Assembly: GCA_024720975.1 (NCBI GenBank)
Contig: JANJXX010000015.1
Span: forward strand, 1 to 13,363
DNA: 13,363 bases
Reading direction: 5' to 3'
Origin: Thermoproteota archaeon
GTDB taxonomy: Archaea > Asgardarchaeota > Njordarchaeia > Njordarchaeales > Panguiarchaeaceae
Part shown: positions 8,120 through 13,363 of the stretch, piece by piece
Layout of the letters: each line of letters starts with the position of its first letter
Numbering within the stretch: the stretch's first letter is position 1
Notes under the pieces: model-generated
Database searches by the model: none
Seen by the model: only the letters and a program-made list of their open reading frames with translations
Told to the model about the DNA's origin: nothing
Position numbers and translations under genes: made by a program

Positions 8120-10465
8120 TTAACTCTTCGCAACCGTTTTCTTCCGCGCCCGAAGAACGTAGCCTATCGCTACCCCCACTATTAGTATCATTATGGAGAG
8201 CACCGTTACTAATGTCCAATCAATAGTTGGTACCTCCACCTTGGTGGTAACGATTGATGTAACAATCCTGATTTCAGCAGTCGTTACTGTAACTGGCACA
8301 GACGTCGTTACCGTAACGGTGGTAGCCATAACGGTAGGAGTAACAGTAATAGTGGGAGTAGGTGTTGTTATTGTAACAGTAGGTGTTGGTGGAGCTGTTG
8401 GCGGCGTTTCTGAGACAAGTGGTTTAAATTCTACGGTTATCTGTTTCGGTATTTTAGCAGGTTCTGAGGCAGCATCCTTTATCGGGCATCTACCTGAAGG
8501 TTTCACGCCTAGTATAGTGAACAAGAATGATGAGCAATATGGCTTAGGCTCGGCATATCTGTTAGTCAGAGTAGGCCATCCTTCCCAACAGTAGCTATTC
8601 GCCACCATATATCTAGCTGGTGAGAACACCGTTATCCAGAACCTATACTTCAGATGGATCTTTAACAGCTCCTTGACAATGTCAACTATACTCGGGTCCC
8701 ATGGTGGAGTGTTTATGTATTGCTCGACAAGCCTATCAAGTTTCTCCCTGTCCGGGAAGACTGTTTTAGCTACTTCAATGTTCTTCCTCACATCTTCTGG
8801 TATTCTCTCAGGTGGCAAGCCATAGCACATTATATAGCCTACCCAAGGAAGCCTAGCTCCAGGAACGCATTGACCGCTATGCCATTCCCTAGGAGATTCC
8901 CACCAGTCAAGAGTTGGGAATCCTCCACCTGGCCATTCAAATGCTACATCCCATGTATGACTGTAAACTCTATCCCAATATGCTTCTAAAGCCTCAAGCT
9001 TAACCTCTATTCCAAATCTTCTCCACTGATCGGCAACAATCGTGACTAGTGGGAAGGAGAACTCCGCTCCAGGTAATGATATTAAGTTAACTTCGAATAA
9101 TCTACCATCTGGCATTCTCCATTTTCCATCAGGTCCTTTGTAAAATCCAACAGCCTGTAAAAGTTTTGTCGCTCTTTCAGGATCATACTTAAACCATGTT
9201 ATTTCCGGATCTAAACCTAGTATCTTCAGATAGTTTTGTATCTCTTTTGGCGGCGAATCATCCAAATTATACTTCTTTAGTTCATCTTTAAGTCCTTGAA
9301 CATAAAGTTGCTCTAATGGATAAAATCTTGAAACTGGAAGCGGGTTAGGGACTGCGGATGACCCATCTGGGGTCTTGTATGCGCCGAAGATCACGCGATA
9401 ATCTATAGCATAGGTTAAAGCCCAGCGAACTTCGGTTAAATTGAATGGATACTTCAATATATTAAACACTAGCTCTCTAGTTCCTTCATCCCTTGTCCAG
9501 GCCCATGGGAAGTTTCTTCCATTCCATGCCAATGCATATGTATTTCTCTCCATTATAACTCCCACATATTCTGATGTGAATTCTGTGAAATCTAGCTCAT
9601 TATTTGTCATAGAAATGACTGATCTTTCTTGACCTCCTAAAGCGATAAAAAGTAAATACTTTGGAGAGGGTTTTATGCCTAATAATTTGGCTCCCCACCA
9701 ATTCTCAAGCCTCTCCCAAAGGTACCATTTTCCATGCGGATCGGCATCAATCAACTTATAGGGACCAAGACATACTGGTGGATAGAAGTTATATTTCACC
9801 GGATCTTTGACGGTCTCGAATACATGCTTTGGTATAACATAAAAGTTAACGGGCCATCCATAATGTCTCATAGTCCATTCATAATGGTAATACGGGTTAG
9901 GCTTCTTTAGACGTATCTCAACAGTATAGTCATCCAATTTTTTGACAGATTCCACCTGACCTGTAACTCTTACATTACATAATCCTAGCTCAGGATGGTC
10001 TCTACAATACTCTATTGTAAAGACGAGGTCATCGGCGGTAAATGGATGTCCGTCACTCCATGTTATGCCTTTCCTAAGTACAATCCACAATGTTCTATAA
10101 TCTGGGGAGTATATTGGTGGCTTTTCAGCAAGCCATAAAATTAGCCTTCCATCTGTGAGATTCATAAACCATAGAGGGCCTCCGCATGCTGTTTGCAAGA
10201 AGCCTGTACAAGCTGTAGCCCACCCAACTACATAGTAATTGAATTGATAGGGGTCTGGTCCCCATCCTCCGGGGCAGACAACACCATTCTCTATAACGAG
10301 TACATCGCCTCTAGGTATCCCAGGGGGTAATGGTAATTGTGGTGTTGCGCTTACCACGTTCATCGGTGTAGTAACTACTAATGCTGATAATAATGCTATA
10401 AACAGCAGAGCTTTAATAATTAATCCGTAAGATCTGCTGGCTTTTTTCTTTTTTTCTCTTAGCAT
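8120..10465 (-). CDS. ABC transporter extracellular solute-binding protein, family 5 (oligopeptide/oligosaccharide type), with signal peptide, Thr/Pro/Val-rich linker and C-terminal membrane anchor
   Basis: Basic N-region (KKKK), hydrophobic stretch and VSA cleavage-like site. Family-5 motifs LRKGITWSDGHPFTADDLVFT, GPYKL, VRWALTYAID, YDPERATKLL. C-terminal TM segment followed by basic tail RARKK. Confidence 0.92.
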   Translation of the reverse strand: MLREKKKKASRSYGLIIKALLFIALLSALVVTTPMNVVSATPQLPLPPGIPRGDVLVIENGVVCPGGWGPDPYQFNYYVVGWATACTGFLQTACGGPLWFMNLTDGRLILWLAEKPPIYSPDYRTLWIVLRKGITWSDGHPFTADDLVFTIEYCRDHPELGLCNVRVTGQVESVKKLDDYTVEIRLKKPNPYYHYEWTMRHYGWPVNFYVIPKHVFETVKDPVKYNFYPPVCLGPYKLIDADPHGKWYLWERLENWWGAKLLGIKPSPKYLLFIALGGQERSVISMTNNELDFTEFTSEYVGVIMERNTYALAWNGRNFPWAWTRDEGTRELVFNILKYPFNLTEVRWALTYAIDYRVIFGAYKTPDGSSAVPNPLPVSRFYPLEQLYVQGLKDELKKYNLDDSPPKEIQNYLKILGLDPEITWFKYDPERATKLLQAVGFYKGPDGKWRMPDGRLFEVNLISLPGAEFSFPLVTIVADQWRRFGIEVKLEALEAYWDRVYSHTWDVAFEWPGGGFPTLDWWESPREWHSGQCVPGARLPWVGYIMCYGLPPERIPEDVRKNIEVAKTVFPDREKLDRLVEQYINTPPWDPSIVDIVKELLKIHLKYRFWITVFSPARYMVANSYCWEGWPTLTNRYAEPKPYCSSFLFTILGVKPSGRCPIKDAASEPAKIPKQITVEFKPLVSETPPTAPPTPTVTITTPTPTITVTPTVMATTVTVTTSVPVTVTTAEIRIVTSIVTTKVEVPTIDWTLVTVLSIMILIVGVAIGYVLRARKKTVAKS
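8226..8410 (-). repeat. Low-complexity Thr/Pro/Val-rich linker coding region within the SBP
   Basis: ETPPTAPPTPTVTITTPTPTITVTPTVMATTVTVTTSVPVTVTT...VTTKVEVPT, with imperfect TVT/TPT repeats. Confidence 0.8.
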
Positions 10466-10487
10466 GTTAAAATTTTTCTCATTCTCA

Positions 10488-10531
10488 TATTTAAGTTTAA
10501 CCTAGTAGAAAAATAGGAAAATACTTAAGTA
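10488..10531. promoter_or_regulatory. Back-to-back archaeal TATA boxes for the ABC operon (-) and the GH127 gene (+)
   Basis: CTTAAATA (minus, 10495-10488) ends 22 nt before the SBP ATG. CTTAAGTA (plus, 10524-10531, preceded by GGAAAATA) ends 22 nt before the GH127 ATG. Neither gene has an RBS, which fits leaderless mRNAs. Confidence 0.65.
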
Positions 10532-10553
10532 GTTTTTACCTTAAGAGTTTTGC

Positions 10554-12542
10554 ATGACGACTAATGTTGTTGATGTTAGTAGGAGCCCCCATGCATCGCT
10601 AAGGCCTGTTCCTATCGAGAATGTTAAGCTTGAAGGAGGGTTTATGGGTAGATGGTTAACAGTTGTTGCTGAGAAAGCTATTCCTCATCAGTATAAGATG
10701 CTGGAGGAACATGAACGGCTTGATAGGTTTAGGTGGGCGTCAGGGAAGATTAGTAGGAAGCCGAAAACTTCTTTCTATCCATTCGATGACACTGATGTGT
10801 ATAAATGGCTTGAAGCTTGTGGGTACGTCCTTGCTTGGCCTGATCTGGAGGAGTCTAAGTCTAGGGAGTTACGGGGTCTTGTTAAGCAAGTGATTGATGA
10901 AGTTGTTGCAGCACAGGACTCTGATGGCTACCTTTTCACGGAGCATAAGGGGCGTGAAGGTGAGAGGTGGAAGAGCCTTACCTTTGACCATGAATTATAT
11001 TGTGCAGGACACTTAATTCAAGCAGCGATAGCTCTTCACCGCTCCATAAACGAGGAAAAGTTGTTTAATGCCGCGAGGGGATTTGCCGACCTAATAGCCA
11101 ATACATTCAATCCTGAGGGTATCAGAGGTGTTCCAGGCCACCCCGAAGTTGAGATGGCTTTGGTCGAATTATATAGAGAGACTAATGATAGGGCTTATCT
11201 AAATACCGCGGCGTTTTTCATAAATGAGAGAGGGAAGGGTTTACTGGAGGTAAAGGGTTCCCCGACTTTTCTCGAGTCTGCGGAATACATGATGTACCAT
11301 GTCCTTGGAGGCTTGGAATACTTCATAGATCATAAACCTATCAGAGAATTAACGGAGATCGTCGGCCATGCCGTTAGATCTCTTTACTTGAATTGTGGTG
11401 TAACGGACTTATACATGGAGACTGGCGAGCAGGCTTTACTCGATGTAATGAATAGGCTTTGGGAAGATTTCGTCTATAGGAAGATGTATGTGACTGGTGC
11501 TGCTGGCTCTAGATATATTAGTGAATCATTTGGAGATCGGTATGAGCTTCCTAATGAACGGGCTTACGCAGAAACGTGTGCTGCTATAGCAAACTTCATG
11601 TGGAATTGGAGAATGTTTCTCGCAACCGGTAACGCGAAGCATGTTGATGTAATGGAATCAACATTCTATAATGCGATACTATCTGGAATATCTCTGGACG
11701 GCACCAAATACTTTTACATGAATCCGTTAGCCGTATTCAAGGAGTATACTAGGGAGCCATGGTTCCAATGCGCATGTTGTCCACCAAATGTTGCAAGGCT
11801 AATAGCTTCTCTTCCAGGATATTTCTACTGTGTTGTTGATGATGGAATATATGTTAACCTATACAATAGCAGTAGGGCTAGGGTAAGTTATAGGGAGATG
11901 GAATTGGAGATTGTTCAAGAGACAAAATATCCGTGGAATGGAGAAGTGAAGTTAACGCTTCACATGCCGGAACCTCTTTCCTTCAAGATATATCTTAGAA
12001 TTCCGGGATGGTGTGATGGGGCTGTTGTAAATGTAGATGGTAGAATTTTCAAGCCTAAGTCGTCTACATATCTGCCGATTATGAGGAAGTGGAAAGATGG
12101 AGATGTGATTAAGGTCGCATTCCCGATGCCGGTGAAGCTTACAGCTTCCCACCCGTACGTTAGGAACAACATCTCCCAGGTTGCCATAAAGCGGGGGCCG
12201 ATAGTTTATTGCCTTGAAGAGATCGACAATCCCGTGGATATAAGAAACATCGTGTTAAGTGATGACATAAGGTTTACTGCAAAATATAGGGGAGATTTGC
12301 TGGATGGCGTAGTAGTGGTTGCTGGAAACGCATACTATGTTAAGGAGTGGGGAGAGAATTACCCATTATACTTCCCCATCGAGAAGTTGCAGGTTAGAGC
12401 TAGGCGGATCAGGTTAACGGCGATACCCTATTACGCATGGGCAAATAGGAAACCAGGCAAGATGATGATTTGGATACCATTAGCTGAGTGGCTCAAAATA
12501 AGGAGGAAGCCTTCAAAGAGATCGAAGCAGAGGAGGAAATAG
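10554..12542 (+). CDS. Glycoside hydrolase family 127 (DUF1680), HypBA1-like non-reducing-end beta-L-arabinofuranosidase, cytoplasmic
   Basis: DTDVYKWLEA, H146ELYCAGH, GH196PEVE, GH272AVR, SE324SFG, YAE340TC342A, YFYMNPL, CAC408C409PPN, YPW, LRIPGW, RGPIVYC, AIPYYAWANR. These match B. longum HypBA1 E322 (acid/base), E338/C340/C418 (Zn ligands) and C417 (nucleophile) as recalled. No signal peptide. Confidence 0.92.
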   Translation: MTTNVVDVSRSPHASLRPVPIENVKLEGGFMGRWLTVVAEKAIPHQYKMLEEHERLDRFRWASGKISRKPKTSFYPFDDTDVYKWLEACGYVLAWPDLEESKSRELRGLVKQVIDEVVAAQDSDGYLFTEHKGREGERWKSLTFDHELYCAGHLIQAAIALHRSINEEKLFNAARGFADLIANTFNPEGIRGVPGHPEVEMALVELYRETNDRAYLNTAAFFINERGKGLLEVKGSPTFLESAEYMMYHVLGGLEYFIDHKPIRELTEIVGHAVRSLYLNCGVTDLYMETGEQALLDVMNRLWEDFVYRKMYVTGAAGSRYISESFGDRYELPNERAYAETCAAIANFMWNWRMFLATGNAKHVDVMESTFYNAILSGISLDGTKYFYMNPLAVFKEYTREPWFQCACCPPNVARLIASLPGYFYCVVDDGIYVNLYNSSRARVSYREMELEIVQETKYPWNGEVKLTLHMPEPLSFKIYLRIPGWCDGAVVNVDGRIFKPKSSTYLPIMRKWKDGDVIKVAFPMPVKLTASHPYVRNNISQVAIKRGPIVYCLEEIDNPVDIRNIVLSDDIRFTAKYRGDLLDGVVVVAGNAYYVKEWGENYPLYFPIEKLQVRARRIRLTAIPYYAWANRKPGKMMIWIPLAEWLKIRRKPSKRSKQRRK

Positions 12543-12681
12543 GGTGCAGCATCAAGGGATAAGATGATATAGTTTTCCCGCTTTTCTCACATTATATTTG
12601 CTGATCATCGTAGCCTTCTAAGCATTCTTCAAGGATAACGATTCGAATTCTAAATCAAATATTTTTTCACATTGAGCGAGC

Positions 12682-13362
12682 TCAGCTTCCTGTCTTCGGA
12701 TACTCCACCTCAACTACTGATAGATTTATTTTGAGCGGTCTTTTACCGAGAACCTCCGCTATATTGGGCTCCGTTCTCCCCTCATCGCCGTCTATAAGCT
12801 CCTTTATGTAGAGCCCTCCCTGAGCCTTGATCTTGAACTTGATGACGCGGTCGCCGAGTTTCTCGGCCTCGACGTAGTAGACCTTCTTCTGCCTAATCTT
12901 GTCCGCTCTTCTCCTTAAAACCCTCCTCGGCGTCCGCTGGTTCACCACTATGTCCCTGAACTTCTCCTCTACGAGCTTCAGCGCCCCCTCATCCACGTCG
13001 CCATCGAGCTCGACTATGGCCTCATAGGTTTTGGAGGCGATCGGGGAGAGGCTCTTCAGCAACCTCAGCTCCCTCCTGCTGGAATACTCCAGGCCCGAGA
13101 TCTCGACCTTGCCCCGCGCGCCCTCATTCACCGCCCTCTCCAGCATCGCCAGATCCACGAATCTTCTTCTGGGGTGCTTTAGCTCCAAGATGAACGGCCT
13201 GCCTGTTCCGGTAACAGTCGCGTCCACGTCTTCCCTGCCGGCGCCGTGAAACTTGTAGCTCAGCGCTTCGAAGATCTTGAGAGCCGGCTCGCCTATCAGC
13301 TCGCTGACAGACTCGGGGTACTCCCTGCCCGTGTAGTTGCATTTCTCGCATCCGCGGCCCCA
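12682..13362 (-). CDS. pus10: tRNA pseudouridine(54/55) synthase Pus10, C-terminal part (5' end beyond the right edge)
   Basis: The frame is open to the window edge: WGRGCEKCNYTGREYPESVSELI...KFHGAGREDVDA..GTGRPF...QRTPRRV..RRAD..R...GGLYIKELIDGDEGRTEP. The track start at 13227 is an internal GTG inside the catalytic motif. Confidence 0.95.
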   Translation of the reverse strand, partial: WGRGCEKCNYTGREYPESVSELIGEPALKIFEALSYKFHGAGREDVDATVTGTGRPFILELKHPRRRFVDLAMLERAVNEGARGKVEISGLEYSSRRELRLLKSLSPIASKTYEAIVELDGDVDEGALKLVEEKFRDIVVNQRTPRRVLRRRADKIRQKKVYYVEAEKLGDRVIKFKIKAQGGLYIKELIDGDEGRTEPNIAEVLGKRPLKINLSVVEVEYPKTGS

Positions 13363-13363
13363 G

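Larger units (their letters stand above)
595..12680. other. AT-richer catabolic island between pus10 and metG (boundaries approximate)
   Basis: Hand-counted GC in 60-nt lines: flanks 37/60 (line 361), 35/60 (13021), 40/60 (13081); inside 14/60 (4501), 20/60 (6001), 13/60 (6421), 15/60 (2521). Some hypD lines are higher, e.g. 33/60 (2701). No intact mobility gene was seen. Confidence 0.65.

Noticed and set aside
8193-8594. 133-aa Val/Thr/Gly-rich plus-strand ORF resembling a membrane or surface protein
   Set aside because: Mirror image of the Thr/Pro-rich SBP linker on the opposite strand.
588-12685. Attachment sites or terminal repeats at the island ends (agctcgtca near 590 versus reverse-complement agctcgctca near 12673-12682)
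   Set aside because: The match is short and gapped; no convincing direct repeat, tRNA target, integrase or transposase was found.
1270-13351. Remaining short ORFs in the track (60-149 aa)
   Set aside because: All lie within well-supported genes, antisense or out of frame, and show no recognisable motifs.
1-13363. CRISPR arrays, tRNA or rRNA genes
   Set aside because: Intergenic gaps are all under about 170 bp, with no regularly spaced repeats or cloverleaf-like sequence visible.

Overview
Archaeal DNA, probably from a Thermoproteota-type thermophile (inferred from Pus10, TATA-led apparently leaderless operon heads, GGTGA ribosome-binding sites and a C-terminally anchored solute-binding protein). 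Two GC-rich housekeeping genes on the minus strand are cut by the window edges: pus10 on the right and metG on the left. Between them is a ~12 kb AT-richer catabolic block of 8 genes. It holds a cytoplasmic GH127 beta-L-arabinofuranosidase (HypBA1-like), transcribed divergently from a five-gene Opp/Dpp-family ABC importer. The importer is followed by a glycyl-radical enzyme carrying the trans-4-hydroxy-L-proline dehydratase (HypD) active-site residues and by its radical-SAM activase. Main hypothesis: an archaeal anaerobic pathway that imports arabinosylated hydroxyproline from plant or algal HRGP/extensin, removes the arabinose to free the 4-OH, and then dehydrates hydroxyproline by radical chemistry. 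Comparisons with reference proteins are from memory and were not computed.
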